DNA of 63,991 nucleotides, the filler included, from Ionaspis alba (taxonomy: Eukaryota), in assembly GCA_964255285.1 (NCBI GenBank). It is 13 parts of 13 records of this genome, joined end to end, with 100 filler letters (N's around TTAATTAATTAA, not from the genome) between each part and the next. Parts side by side here need not be neighbours in the genome. Positions count along the whole stretch, not along the records: positions 20,418 to 25,416 come from CAXUUL010001051.1; positions 25,517 to 30,514 come from CAXUUL010001052.1; positions 30,615 to 35,608 come from CAXUUL010001053.1; positions 35,709 to 40,690 come from CAXUUL010001054.1; 9 more parts are not named here. One strand, written 5' to 3'. The notes beneath the pieces were generated by a model. That model made no database searches. It saw only the letters and a program-made list of their open reading frames with translations, and was not told the DNA's origin. Position numbers and translations under genes: made by a program. How positions within the stretch are numbered: the first letter of the stretch is position 1; each line of letters opens with the position of its first letter. This document shows positions 24,419-38,080 of this stretch, in pieces.

Positions 24419-25416
24419 ATGATCGTACGGAAGACCCACGCCTCCTCTGCACGATACCCAACGCCGCCCTCGCCCTCGCCCTCGCCCTCGCCATCTCCCC
24501 AAACAAGCAGCCACCCCTTCTCCGACTGCGAAGCCGACGACGAACAAGAAACAATGTCCGTCGACGACTCGCCCACCACCCGCTCCCGCCCCGTTAGCGG
24601 GTCCACCTCCAGCGACCTGCACCCCGTGGGACCCTACTGCCCCATGATCCCGACCCTCCGCGAAGTCCTCTCCAATTCCGCACCGCAACCCTGGACGCTC
24701 TCCGCCTTCACAGCCTACCTGTCTCAAAACCACTGTCTCGAGAACCTCGAATTCGTCAAGGACGCCGAGCGCTACAAAGAAAAATACGACGCCCTCGCCT
24801 CCCAAATGGCCGGCATGCCCATGTCCCCCGACCTCTCGGACTGCGCCCAACTGCAGCGTCTCTGGCACCGTCTCATAGCGGCATACATCATCCCCAACGG
24901 CCCACGGGAAGTCAATCTCCCGAGCGACGTGCGGGACCACCTTCTCAACCTCCCAAACCACACCTCCCCCCCTGCAGCCGAAGAGCTGGACCCAGCCGTC
25001 AAAGCCATCGTCGAGCTAATGGACGACTCGGTCCTCATGCCCTTCATAAACGAAACCTCGCACCCCCACAAAGACTGGAACACCTCTGACGAAAACATCC
25101 CCGCTGCTTTTGCCTCCTCCTCACCACCCCATCCCGACTCCAGCACCAACAACAGCACCACAATCACCCGCTCCCGCCACAACAGCAGCAACAACAAGAA
25201 ATCCTCCTCCTCCCCACCCTCCTCCTCTTCCGACCTTCCCTTCTCCGGCAGCGGCAGCCGCCACCACCACCCCTCCTCAGCCCTCTCCTACAACCTCAGC
25301 CTCGGCCGCGGCAGACTAGCCACCCATGCCACGCATGCCAGTTCCAGCTCTACCGGCTCGGGAGAAGCGATGCTGACGGATGATTCGGGGAGTCCGGCCA
25401 GCCCGGGCAAGGAACC
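24419..25416 (+). CDS. Regulator of G-protein signalling (RGS) domain protein, 3' truncated
   Basis: PTLREVLSN.APQPWTLSAFTAYLSQNHCLENLEF..YIIPNGPREVNLP RGS core. Confidence 0.92.
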
Positions 25417-25516
25417 NNNNNNNNNNNNNNNNNNNNNNNNNNNNNNNNNNNNNNNNNNNNTTAATTAATTAANNNNNNNNNNNNNNNNNNNNNNNNNNNN
25501 NNNNNNNNNNNNNNNN

Positions 25517-26460
25517 GGTGGGTGTTAGCTTAGTAGGGGAAGGGCGTGGGAGGAGACTTACGGGTTGTGCACCACCGACGTCTTTTAGGCGTTGCATGTC
25601 GATTACTTCGGGGCGGAGCTTGAGGCGGGTCGTCCCGTTGGACGTGGAGGTGGTGGTTAGGGGGTCCGTGGACTTGAGAAGTTCGGCTATGGGTTGAGTG
25701 GAAAGGGAGTCGGTGTCGATGGACATGTTGTCGTCGGAGGAGGATGCTTCGCTTTCCGAGCTGCTGTTGGCTGTCGACGTCCTCCGTCTTTTCTTCTTCC
25801 GTGAAGAGTTCTGGGATGCGGAAGGGTTCGCCCATTCTGGAACAGGGTAGAGTCTTTCAAATTGTTGCCGTAGTCGCTTGCTGTATTCTTTGCCGTTGAC
25901 AAGATCTTCGGATTCACTGAGGCGGAGCTTGCGTAGCCGCGGATTAGAGGCTAGAGAGACCGTGAGGCGCTCGTCATCGCTGTCGATCCAAGCAGGGGCG
26001 TTGTCAGGCTCGGAGGCGGAGCCTGCTTCTCCATTTGTTTGCGTGAGGGCGAAGGCATTTTTTTTGGCTGTCGAAGATCCGGTGTCAACGAAGAATAGCT
26101 GCGTAGTCGTAAGTATGCGACTCTTAGTGTTCGAAAGATTGTAGTAAATACGTCGGTATCGTTCAGAGCCTCTAAATCGACCTCCTCTTCTACTTCAACA
26201 GCTTCTTCTTCTTCTCCGCCCATAGCTCGTGAAAGTTCGAGGCCTCCATCTTCGTCCTTGTAAGACTTCAATCCCTCTCGAAATCCTACATTGTCACCAA
26301 ACACCAATTTCTCAAGCTCTAGTTCCGTCTTGTCCTTTTCAATTAGATCTTCGCCCTCGAAATCGCCCGGAGCGTCGGAGAGCTCATCATGAGTGGGCGG
26401 AGTAGGCTGTTGTCTAACCTCCGGTATTTTGGATACTTTGGACTTTTTCGATCGCGCCAT
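25517..26460 (-). CDS. UTP18: U3 snoRNA-associated protein UTP18, 5' part
   Basis: ELELEKLVFGD, LFFVDTG after an intron, PAWIDSDDERLTVSLASNPRLRKLR, LRPEVIDMQRLKD. Confidence 0.88.
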
Positions 26461-26726
26461 GGTCGATTTAGGGTAATTGCTGTTCGAGCAATTCTTTGCG
26501 TGTGGGGTTCTCGTGATTTTTTTAAAGAATTACTGCAAGGATTACCGTCGGCGACTTGATCGCCGACAAGCTTTGTCTTGGCATGCCTCTGCCGCTAAAG
26601 ATTGAGATTGATGATAATTCTAGACGATCTACTTGGGACAACTTTTGCACATAGTCCTTCCTACACTCCTTTGGTCCTTTGCTCCTTCTAGACAGGCGGT
26701 CAAGATTGTATGCAGCTATTTCATTG

Positions 26727-29150
26727 ATGCTACCCACCTCTTTCGCCAAGAGAGCTTTTAAACCTCGACATATCACGCCACCACCTTCTGCATTCGTACC
26801 TTGTGCCCAAATAAGACATGCGAGCGCCTCTACAAAAAGGACTGCCTCGAAGTATAAAGCTCGCATCATAAGGGAGAAGAAGCGGGCTTTGAAATCCTCA
26901 CCATGGAGGTATTCCGATCGCGCAGATGGTCGAGAACGGAACCTGCAAACAACACGCATCGGTTCCGCTGTTCCTGATACGTCAGTCTCGGGAGAAGCTA
27001 TCAAGGTACACCAAACATGCCTCAGGTACGGCAAGCTCACTGTTAATTGACACTAGCTCCTCCAATTCCGTTTGGTTCTTGCCGACTCGGACCTTCGTGC
27101 TGTTCTTGACGCATATCCCTTTCTCCGCCAGGCGAAACTGCTTCAGCCTCAAGACACTGCAGAAATAGCTCGTCTGATTCACTATGTCTATCGATCCAGA
27201 AACCCTTCCTTCAGTCCCGAGTACATTGCGGAAGAGATCAAGCCATTCATCAAAGACCTGAAGCAGGCGCGAATACCACCCCATCCGACGGCAAGCCTCC
27301 ATATAATCAGCTACTACAAGGATTCCAAGCAATATGATGCAGGTATGGACTATTGGAGTTGGGTCATCAAGCAGGAAAACAACTACATTGATCTTCGCGT
27401 CTACGGAGCTGCGATTGAGCTTCTCGCCAGCTATGGCGCAAGCTTGGAACAGTGCCAGGAACTGTATATACATGGGCTCAAACGCTTTCCACAAGACTTC
27501 AACGAATACCATATGTCTCCTGGAGCCATTCTACCGCAACTCGACCAACCCGTGAAAGTGCGACAATCGAGCATGGTTTTGCTACAAGGGATGATCAAGG
27601 CATGCTTGATGCATGGAGACTGGCGGAATGCCTATCTCTTCCTGGACACGGCGATGCGATTGCACCCAGCCCAGGTCCCAATATATTTCCTTCGAGTTTT
27701 TGCTTTCGAGCGACCATTGCCGGAAGCTTTCCAGGTCTTCTGCATGTATTGCCGATCTGGCAATCAAGTCACTCCTTCCGATATCACGCAGATGCTCGCT
27801 CACCTATCGGCCACCCTGAAAGTGGGAAAAGGCGATAATTTCAGTCTTGACATTGCATTAGCGTTGCTAGATGTGGTTCACTATGCGGCTGCAAGTGGGG
27901 CCCATCTAACTGGTTTACAACTCAATATCTTGCTCACGGGATCACTTCGCCTCTTACCGGTGTCGAGGGAGACGGAGAAGAAGCAGAAGAATGCAGAAGG
28001 CAGTGAGATGGCAGTGAAAATACTGTCTCGGGCGCTAGCAATATTTGATGCTCTGAATGTGGCTCCAAATATTCAGACCTACAATGCTATTTTTGCTATG
28101 GCTGGAAGATTAAAGGCAGAGGTGTTGTTTGCAGAAGCGCTCCAACGACTAACGATGTCAGAGCTTCTACCTAACGAGGTCACTGTCCGCTGCATGTTGA
28201 CTGCGGCAGGTCAGCTAGAAGATACGACGAGGTTGAAGTTTGTCTGGAACACATATGTTGTCAATCCCGAGATTGCACCAACCCCAGAAACGTGGTTGGC
28301 TCTCGCTGAAGCTTGCAAGGACACGGAGATGGTCGAGTTCCTATATGACCAGATGAAGGCTGCGAACATCGACTTCCACTCTATCAATGACGAGACATCC
28401 CGCCGGCTGAAAGGTGGCCTTGCAAGACGAATCGACGGTATCCTTAACAAAACATTGCTGCGTCTAGAGCAGGATGACAAGCTGATTGAGGGCAAGCAAG
28501 AAAACCAAGAGGAGCAGTATGGGGCCGACGAAGTCGCAGCAGAGATTGATGAACAACCGCAAGAAACTTCAGAAACTCAGCATAACATGTGTATGAGATC
28601 TGCTAGCATAATTTCAGAAGCATTACTTTCAATCCACAAATTAATAGTCACCCAAGAGATTGGCAACTTGAAACGAAATCCACCAGCTCGCGAATCCATA
28701 TGGACGTTTCAGCACGAGGTCCAGGAACATTGGCGATCAGAACTCTACAACGAATTGAGTGTCGACCCGACAGTCGCCAGGGCAAACGCAAACTCTACAA
28801 CTCGAGAAGAAGCTGTGCACGAATCTCCGACTGCTGTTCTAGAAACTTCCACTGGGTTCCGGCTAGACGAGCTTCGATACAAGAACTGGAAAACCATTAA
28901 TGATCTACTGGTGCAGGCTGAAATGTTCGAGGCTCGACTCGGTAGATCTGTTGATCTGGCTATTGAACAGAAGCAGCCCGTGAGGCAGCAACGATCACCC
29001 TACGGTATCAAGGATGCACCAGAACGTCGATTGGTAGTCTCGGCACAGTTGCAAGCACATCTGCACGACATGGATGAGATGAAGTCCACGACACTTACGA
29101 AAGAGGAGTGGAGAGACAAGATATTGGCTTTGCGACACACAGAGACTTGA
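26727..29150 (+). CDS. Mitochondrial PPR-like helical repeat protein (exons 26727-27005, 27057-29150)
   Basis: Arg/Ser/Ala-rich transit-peptide-like N-terminus; PPR-like units VYGAAIELL, PNIQTYNAIF, PNEVTVRCML, PTPETWLAL. Confidence 0.8.
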
Positions 29151-29434
29151 CAATAACGTTATGGTGGCTTATCGACGTATGTAACGGCCCAACCATATCT
29201 TACAGGGAGAAACAGCCGATGATACTCGAACACTCTCCAGACCAAGACAACTTTTCCCACAGTCGATCCAAATGAGACTACTAACTCCTTCCCTCTGCCA
29301 AAATGGCAGGAACGCCAGATCCGAAACTGCTAAAAGGACAGTAGAATACACATATATTGGAAGTGTCCAAGCACTTCCGACCCAACACAGATGGGCTATT
29401 TACACATCCTTCACCGTCTTGCGAAGATTATGCG

Positions 29435-29689
29435 TTAACAAACCATCCAGTCACCATAGCCCGTTTCCCACTCGGCTGGGGATGGCGGCGGAGGCGGTGG
29501 ATTTTGGAACCTCGATTGTGTGTGTGGCGATAGAGGTGATTGCGGGATTGTGAGGTCGAGACGAGGTTTCGACGCCAGAAGGGCTATCGAGATGTCCTCA
29601 AGAGTGTTCTTCGTGACGAGCGAGGGACGTCGCTGGTTCGTTGGGATAGAGAAGGGCGGGGGAGTAGTGGTATTCACTATGAGCGCCAT
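29435..29689 (-). CDS. Possible small protein (84 aa)
   Basis: ATG-initiated ORF with RRPSL and a poly-Pro stretch; no family recognised. Confidence 0.3.
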   Translation of the reverse strand: MALIVNTTTPPPFSIPTNQRRPSLVTKNTLEDISIALLASKPRLDLTIPQSPLSPHTQSRFQNPPPPPPSPAEWETGYGDWMVC

Positions 29690-32600
29690 GCTGATAGATG
29701 CGCTGAGCTGTGGATGATGCTTGAGTGGCTCTAGAGGCTGAGGTCAGCGACTTGTATACCGCGAGCGATGGATAGCAGAGCGAGCTTACGAAGTTTCTGG
29801 AGAAGGATCGTAGGTTGAGACCACCAGCAAGATGTGGATAGTAAGAGGTTCAACCTTTGCACAAGGCTAAGACAGCTCTTGTATGCTGTAGAAGGAGAGA
29901 GAGTACTCGAAGCAAGCTTCTGAAAATCGAGAAAGAGAAAAAGGGCAGATCCTGTAGTCTTTACATACACCCTGTTTGTTCTTCGAGTTCCCAAAAAATA
30001 AATTTTTTATTCGCACAAATAAATGGCAGACGTAGCTCGTATCGGAATTCCCAGCCCGACCCCTAACACCGTACATGAGTAGCAGCAGCCACTCGCCATT
30101 TTAAGCACATCCCCCGTAACAAGGACAACTCTACCCCCCTTCCACGTACCTGGGGGCTCTGCCTCACCGCTTCTTCAGGCTTCCCCATTTCCTTGTTCCG
30201 GGGACCCAAAGTTGCACACGCTTGCTTTTCTGGAACGATGGCATGGCGACAGGGGGGTCGTGGAGGGTAATGCGTGGACGCCCTGGAAGCAGGGAGGTGG
30301 CCATGAGGAGGATGATGCTTACATGTCGTGTACGACGGAGACTTTACTCATTATTGGGAATCAGGATTGTTGGGTTTGTTGCTGTGGCAGTTTTGGTTTG
30401 CTGGAACAGTGATTGGTGAGGGGACAGCTAATCAGTAAGCATTGCATGACGAGTCCATTATTATTGTGGGCGACTCTCATCCTACAAACATCCAAGCCAT
30501 GCTGCCAGGTTTCANNNNNNNNNNNNNNNNNNNNNNNNNNNNNNNNNNNNNNNNNNNNTTAATTAATTAANNNNNNNNNNNNNNNNNNNNNNNNNNNNNN
30601 NNNNNNNNNNNNNNGGACAGTAGGGATGGTTGGGGTGGTAGGCGTGGTCGGGGGCTTGCTTAGAGGCAGAATGATTTGGGGGAGGGATTAGCGGCAAGAT
30701 GGTGGGAGGGCAACAGCGGTAAGGTCGCCCAATGGCTGCAGCAAGAGCAGCAGCAGCAGTAGCGAAAAACAAGGCCAGCTTCAACTGCAACAAGTCCCAA
30801 AGAAGGGAACGTAAATAAATCAGTAGTAGCAATGCCACACCAGACCTCAAGGGGTTTGGCAGCCCCAGCGAACATCCAATTTAGCAAGGGTTTCCGCCCT
30901 GCTCGTTCTTGCCCGCTGTTGCTGCTGCTAGGGGAAGGGAAGCAGGCAGTGATGGTACTGGTGAGAGTGACAAGATTCGTACCAGTGGTCTTGTTTCCTC
31001 TCCTCCTATCATGGTCCTTTGCGAATGAATAGTCCGTTTCCGCCGGGAGATGATGAACCACGCTTGCCTGCTTGGAACCCAGAAGCTGGCGAAGTGGACA
31101 GTATCGGTGTCCCAACTAGAACGCTGATGCTTATAACGATGGCTGGTCCCGTTCCCGTGCGCCGCGACTTTGCAGGATGCTCTGACGATCCTTTTAGTTC
31201 CGCTCTCACGCGATCGTCTTTCGTTCCCAGTGGTAGTAGTGTTTCTTGGCCTGGTTCCTCTCCGACTGCGAACTAGGGGACCTATGGGGAGGGGGGCTGT
31301 GATTATGGGGACCGTACTACGAGGATAGCCTTTCCTCGTGTTCCGACTCCTGGCCCTTTCGGCACTCTTTCGCCCGTTTAGCTTATGGCGTAGGGCGGAG
31401 TTGACACCGAGGATGGCGCTTTCTGAGAGGGGCGGCTGGGGCAGGTGATGGATGGATGGGAGGAGGCCCGCTTGTGTACGTCGGTGCGGAATACGGACGG
31501 TAGTGGAGGGAAGTAATTCTTAAGATAGAAAAGAAAAAAGGTACAAGGACGGAAGCAGGGTGCACAAAAGTCCAAGCTTCTCGTCCAGGGTTGGAGTGTG
31601 CAATGGCTGCGTACCCGTCGTCGAACGGCAAGTCCCTTTCCTCCCACACACACAACCGAGATACAGTAGCACGAGTAGTAGCCCTTCCCTGCCCCGGTAT
31701 CCAAGTCACTCGTCCTTCCCCTAGCCTACCTTTCCTTCTCGTCCACTCCACCACTTCCGATCATCAGTGGCGCGGGAGAAAAAGGGGGCGAAGAGGTGGA
31801 AGACGGTGGCGGATACAATGTGGAGTGGATCTTGCCTCGGGGGCCCGTTGATGTCGTTAGGATAATATTGTTGTGTGCCAGTCTCTGTCGTCCAGTTGGT
31901 CCGACGCCGAACAGACTTCTGGCTGCGAGCCCGGCTAGGGGAAGAAACTAACGGGAACTGATGCGCGACACCGGGATGGATCAAGGTTCTTGGGTAAGCT
32001 GACGAGGAATTAATGCTGCCGCTTTCTGCTTGTTGGGTTTGATTATGGATTCCGTGACCATGGTTTGATCATCCTCGCCCCCTAGGCGAGAAACAGTCAT
32101 TTGGATTCCATTCTGACGAAAGAAACTATAGGACAATCAAACGATGGGTCTTTCTGTAGTTGTATGATCCGGCAATCTCCTTGGCTGCAAGGGGTGAATG
32201 AAGTTGTCTGCAAGGAAATGAGGATACTGAAGAAACTATCAAGAGCAAGGGAAATTGGATCACGACCACTCGAATTCTGAGCTTCTGCTTTTCGTGATCG
32301 CTGGTTTTCTTGGAACAATATTGACAGGGTTCGGCTGTCATGCTTGGCGGTGCATGATCGATGGGGTGGGGGAGAGGCTCAAAGTGGATAGAGGAGTGAC
32401 CGGGCTTACATGGAGTATGCGCCTTTGTGTGCGTCACGGCTTCGAGCACATGGGATGGCTTCACACGTCAAGCAGTGGTGGACATTACATGAACAAGGGG
32501 GTTGATGGGCTGGGAACGTTGTGTGCAATTCTGCTCNNNNNNNNNNNNNNNNNNNNNNNNNNNNNNNNNNNNNNNNNNNNNNNNNNNNNNNNNNNNNNNN

Positions 32601-34327
32601 NNNNNNNNNNNNNNNNNNNNNNNNNNNNNNNNNNNNGGCTTTTGCAGGAGGCTACTTGCAGGAGGCCTTTGAGTGACAGGCAAATAGGTGTAACAACCTT
32701 GATGTCACACACTCACCACACCCTCCCACACAAATAGAGGCTGTCAAATGGCCGCCTAAATAGAGGTGGATGTACATATGTATGTATGTATATGCTGCAT
32801 GCAGCAGCCACCTGTGGGCAAGAGGCGAAGATTCAGTACAGTACAGACATGTATGCACGGATCGCTGACGAGGGTCAAACAGTGGTACGCAAGGATGCCA
32901 CGTGAGCCCCTCTCCACTCGAATTTGCAACTTCTGAGGGTGCATGAGCGGAGCGTCTCGCCTACAGGCTGCCAGTCGATCCCTCCGGCTTTTTCTGAAGC
33001 AATAGTCGGATTCGCATTTGTTTGATGCAACGGGAGGAAAATAATATACGTAGCATCATGTTTTCCAGCAGATTTGCCCAAGGGTCGGCCCGTTTTCACA
33101 CTTGAAAGGTCTTTCGGAAATGGGTAGGCAACAGCCGATATAGCTTGGAGCTCGGAGTAATAATTTAGTAGAACACGGTTCTTCGCAAGTAGCGGAAATC
33201 GATCTTGTGATCATCAGATTATTGAGATAGTATGAAACGAGCATAGTAGATCATCTACTGAAGACGATGGGAGAAGAGACGGGATATTCCTAGTTTGGCT
33301 CCGCAGATCCATGGGACATTTGATATTGAATCAGAACACTCATTTCTATGGTCAAGAAATCTCGTGAGCGGATTCTCTTACCAAGCAAGATCACTCATCC
33401 AAGGCAAGACAGGGGTCTCGAGGATAGTTTATCTCTTTTCTGCTGAAACGACCAGCTGCTGAGACGGGTTACTCAGCAGCTTCATCTTCCAGAAGCGACC
33501 GATTTGGGTATCACCAATTCTATTCTTCTCCCCACGTCATATCAAATCATGAATAATCCAGCAAATCCGACCACAGGCCGTCCCACACGGCTCGGCGACC
33601 TCGCCAAACCCTCTCGGCTCCATCAAATCAACAAGCGGATCTCCTAAGGAACGAATCCCGCCCCGACCAAGGCAATCCTCCCCCAATAGGCTGCCCTATC
33701 ACCATTTTCCCTTGTCTTCTCCCAGCTCGGCACTCGGACAGGAAGTCCCAGGAAAACGATAGTTGGGCGCGCGGGCGACCCAAAAGGGAAGAGTCGTGGC
33801 TGATGTTTCCAACCAGCTGGTCTCGGATCGGCACGCAGCATGTAACGATATCGCAAGCGATTCGTCCATTGCTTGAGATGGATATTCTTGCGCTTTCGAG
33901 ACAAGCTTTGGAACGAGAGAATGCTTCCTATCTTTGAACCACTACTACTGGTGCGAACAATGATGGAGAATTTGAATTTCCAGAGATGCGTGTCGCTGGG
34001 TGAGTTGAGGGTCGCGTTTCGTTGTCATCAGTGTATAGTGATCAAGTAGCGAGCAAGGCGGTCACCTCGATAACTACAATCCCGAGCAAAATCCCCGTTT
34101 CAGAAGAATTGCCATCATCTACTCGCCCGCCAAACTCACCCGTCAACCCGAATATGACCTGTCATAAAGACACCAGCCAACGAGCAAGGGAACCACCACG
34201 CCAAACCAGGTGGTGCGAGCCTCGCCCTCCCCAAAATCAAACAAGATTCGCCCGTTAGTCGAATCCGTCGGCTTGCACTACTCTCCTCTACCTCAACCCT
34301 CCCACCCACGCCGCACAACGGCAGGTG

Positions 34328-34838
34328 TCAGGATTCGGCCTTCCGTCGCCCAGTCCGCAGGGGGCGGTCTACTATTTGCTCGGCTGGCGAGAAGGAGGAG
34401 GAGGGGGGAGGAGGTCCAAGCTGCTGGATGGCGACTGACATTATTTTAAATTGGCTCGGTGGTGGGATGATGGGTGGTGGTAGTGGGTGTGGGATTAGTT
34501 TGGGCCCATCTGCGTGCGTGCTCCCTTGGTTACTCGGGAGGATTGGATGGCGCGTTGCATGCTGGGTTGCGAAGGTACAAGCCAGATGTATCTTTTATTG
34601 ATTCGTGATTACTAGCTCGAGGGGGATAGGTACATACCTGAGGGAGGCGCTCTCGTGGCCTGCTGTAATGCGCGTTTCCGTCATATGGACAGTTTTGACC
34701 GTGGGGTGCGTAAGGGGACCTTGTAGAGGCTTGATGCTGGTTTGGGATATTGAGTGGGTAATAGCCGCCGTTGCCGTTTGAGCATGATCTGGGCGGGAGA
34801 TGGTGCTGCTGGATGCTCTGTGACGTGATGGTCGTCAT
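34328..34838 (-). CDS. Possible two-exon orphan gene (34838-34638, 34591-34328), or first exon of a gene with a long intron
   Basis: MTTITSQSIQQHHLPP.. ends at strong donor CAG|GTATGT; splicing to AAG at 34592 keeps a 154-aa frame open. Confidence 0.3.
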
Positions 34839-35844
34839 CACATGTACGGAAGCAAGGTGTTGCTGGGTTTGTATTTGGAGAGTGTATTCTCGTCCCTCAA
34901 TGAAAGTATCCAAGGTACAACAGTGAATAGTTACTCGTAGTTCAAACACACGGATAATCTCACATAATATTTCCATTCGCGTGGTCCTCCAATAAACCAT
35001 TTTTTCCAAAAAGACCGCCAATTCCCTGTCCCGTGGCAACCTCGCCGTCTTGTGACGATCCCAATATCGCATTCCCAGCGGCCCGAACCCGAAGGCCTGA
35101 TTCTCCAGCTGGGAAAGTTCCCAAAAGCACAGACGCCATCCTACTGCTTCCTGCTCACTACCAGGATGTGCCTTACTTGAGGTTTGACAAAGATCGTGGC
35201 CAGGTTTCAAGTTCGTGCCCCGGCTTGCCCTACGGTCGCACAGCAGATACGTCGCATGGAGCAAGGGTTACTTATGCTCGTCTTATGCACTTGTTGCTTG
35301 TCATCATCATCCACCAGATCTGGCTGCCGAGGTCTCGACCCTCTTACTCAATCCCCTAACAAAAAACGACCTCTTCTTTCGCTGCTCGCCCTCCATTAAT
35401 GTGATCTCCAATACATTTACTTTTCCCTTCCTCGCAGTAGCACCCGCAGGGATGGCAAGTCAGATGACTGCTCGCTGATGCGGGACTAACTTCTCAAGCG
35501 CCAAAGGTTAAGGAAAGTGGTGGGAGCGAAGAATGCAGCGGGCCGTCGTTTGGGCAGCCAGCCCATTTTAGCTTCGGTGACCTTTTTTCCTTTTGCCTTT
35601 TGGTTTGGNNNNNNNNNNNNNNNNNNNNNNNNNNNNNNNNNNNNNNNNNNNNTTAATTAATTAANNNNNNNNNNNNNNNNNNNNNNNNNNNNNNNNNNNN
35701 NNNNNNNNGAAAAAATTGCAACGCTATGCAAAAACGCCGAATGTGCGTGGTATATATATCATGCCAAAGGTAAAAAAATGCAGCCGCCAAGCTCTCCTCC
35801 CGTTCCTTCTACCTCCCTTCCCTCATCCGCATCCCTCCAACTCA

Positions 35845-38080
35845 TCATCCCCAATTCATCCCGCCCTCTCCTCCTCCTCCCCTGTCCACCATCCTGCCCG
35901 CCAATGCCAAAACCGACAAAGGATCCAACCCCTGCCTCTCCTCGCACCTATGCCTATCTCTCGGTTTGGGCGCAAAGGCGTGGGTGGGCGAGAGCGGGGA
36001 TGGCGAGGGCGAGCCGTGTTGTGCTGTTTGAGTGGTGGTGGGGGATTTGGGAGAGAGGGAGTGGCCTAGAGAGAGTCTCATAAGTGAATGTCGCTCGTGG
36101 GGGATGTCTAGGTGAGAGAGAGAGTTGGGGTTAGTGATGGGAGGTTTTGGCGAGGTGGAGTGCGGTCGCACGGATTTGTGTGGCGAGGGGCGTGGGTTTG
36201 GTTTGAAGGGTCGGGGAGAGGAGAAGGTGGTGTTTGGAAAAATGATGATGTGGGAGGGGTGATGGGGAGGAGCGGCTCACCTGATTGTAGGACGGAGGTG
36301 TATGGGACTTGGGGGATGGGAATCGAGCCGGCGATCAGGCCGGAGGTGACATAAGGTAGAGTTTGCGGGTGCTGCTGGTCAATCGTGTATTTCGCCGAGG
36401 GAAGACCACCAGGTGGTGGAAGGGAGCGCGTAGGACGGCCTTCTTCAATGGGCGAGATGGGCGTGTAGGCGGAGGAAGTTGTGGCGCCGTCTTTCGAGTA
36501 GTTGGAGGAGCGTGAAGAAATGGACGAACGAGAGGTGTCGTTACGGAGGAAGGTCGCGGGATGATGCTCTGATCGTCGGTTGTTCATGTTGGCGGTTGTA
36601 TGCATTCCCATCATCGAGGGTTCGGTGAGAAGGGGAGGTAGATGTCCATGTTGCAGAACTGGCTCGCTTCCTTCTAGAGGAATGATCCTCGGTAGTCTTT
36701 GGCCGCGGAGAGGATTGTAGTCGCGCCTTAGAGCAGTGTCAGAGGCTTGGAGGAAAGGTATATCGGGGTTGGTGTTTGGGCTTCCAGAGACGTATCTGTG
36801 GTGCGAAGAGGGCGTGGATGATAACGAAGACGGAGAAGAAGGCCGACGGAAAGGAATAGCGCCGTTCGATACCAGTGTTGCTGGAAAACCAGTAATAGGC
36901 GAAGTATGAGCGCTAGTCGAGGGAGGAGTTCCTTCAGATCCTGTAGATTCTATCAGGCGCTGGTCGCAATTGACGTGTCGATGTTGCTGAAAGTGCTGAC
37001 TACCGTTACTGTCACTACTTGCATGGTGCGCTCCGGCTCCCAGCTTGGGTCTCTTGCCCTCTATCGTGTATCAGCAAAGTCCCGCAAATTTCGATCAAGA
37101 ACACCACTGTACCGTACCTCGATTTGTATTCGTGTTCGGCGCACCATTCTTGATCTTAAAGTCAGCTAGGTACTGAGCATACTCTCTATAATTGCTTGTT
37201 CGCTTATATCGGGCCATTTCCGAATTGAAACGTTCCTTGGCAGTGCTGGCTTGAGACTCAAAGACCTCTTTGTCGTCTGCTGCCAGCACTTGCCATCGTT
37301 CTCCCACTCGCTTCGCGATGTCCGTAAAGGTCAAGTTGTGCGGTCGTAATTCTTCGCGGATCTCTGTTGGGCGAGAAAAAGTAAGCGACCAATCATGGCG
37401 GATATAACGAGTCGAGTCTGGATTTCAAAGAACTTACTGTTGGAGAATATCACATAGGCTGATGGAGGTCGATCAGGCGCATTCTCGTCCGGCTAATACC
37501 AAATCAGTCCTGGAGCTGAATGCCAAGCCTTGCCGCCACCCTCCTTGGATATTTGTGCAATCGCCGCGTTGCGCCGGGAACTGTGTTTGTTGCATACCTT
37601 GGGGTGCCTCCTGTATTTCCTCTTGCCATTGCTACCACTGACCACCTTTTGTTCCGCATGTTGATCTTCGATCGGTTCGTCGTCATCCACATGATGAATT
37701 TCCTCCGCAACGCTACCAATGGTCGGCGAAGGTACGAGTTGCTCGATGTTGATACCGCGAACAGTGGCTATTTCGCGTTGCAGTCGCTGCAGTCAATATA
37801 TATTAGCCAGAACCCGTTAGACTTGATGCATTCTGCAGGATCCAGATCTGGGGTTCCATATAAGGGCGTAACGCACTCTTCTGTGACCCAATTTCACATT
37901 GAGTGAATCTCTAAGAAAAGACATGAGCGAAGTACGAAGAATTAAGATCGATAAAGGCTCTTACAGGTCCGACTCAGTTATATCCAACACCGTCTCCCAT
38001 GTGTCAAAACCTTCTTCCAGAAATGCTTCGGTATATTGGGCCAACCCCAGCCGAGACAGGACGGGACCAAGTTCAGTCAT
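35845..38080 (-). CDS. SAM-domain + HMG-box transcription factor, multi-exon
   Basis: SAM: LGLAQYTEAFLEEGFDTWETVLDITESDL/DSLNVKLGHRR; HMG: KRKYRRHPK/PDENAPDRPPSAYVIFSN..LTFTDIAKRVGERWQ; apparent frameshift near 36110-36125. Confidence 0.9.

Noticed and set aside
37095..37690. HMG box as mating-type gene MAT1-2-1
   Set aside because: An N-terminal SAM domain and PDENAPDRPPSAY HMGB-type box; no MAT-type PRPPN motif and no APN2/SLA2 neighbours in view.
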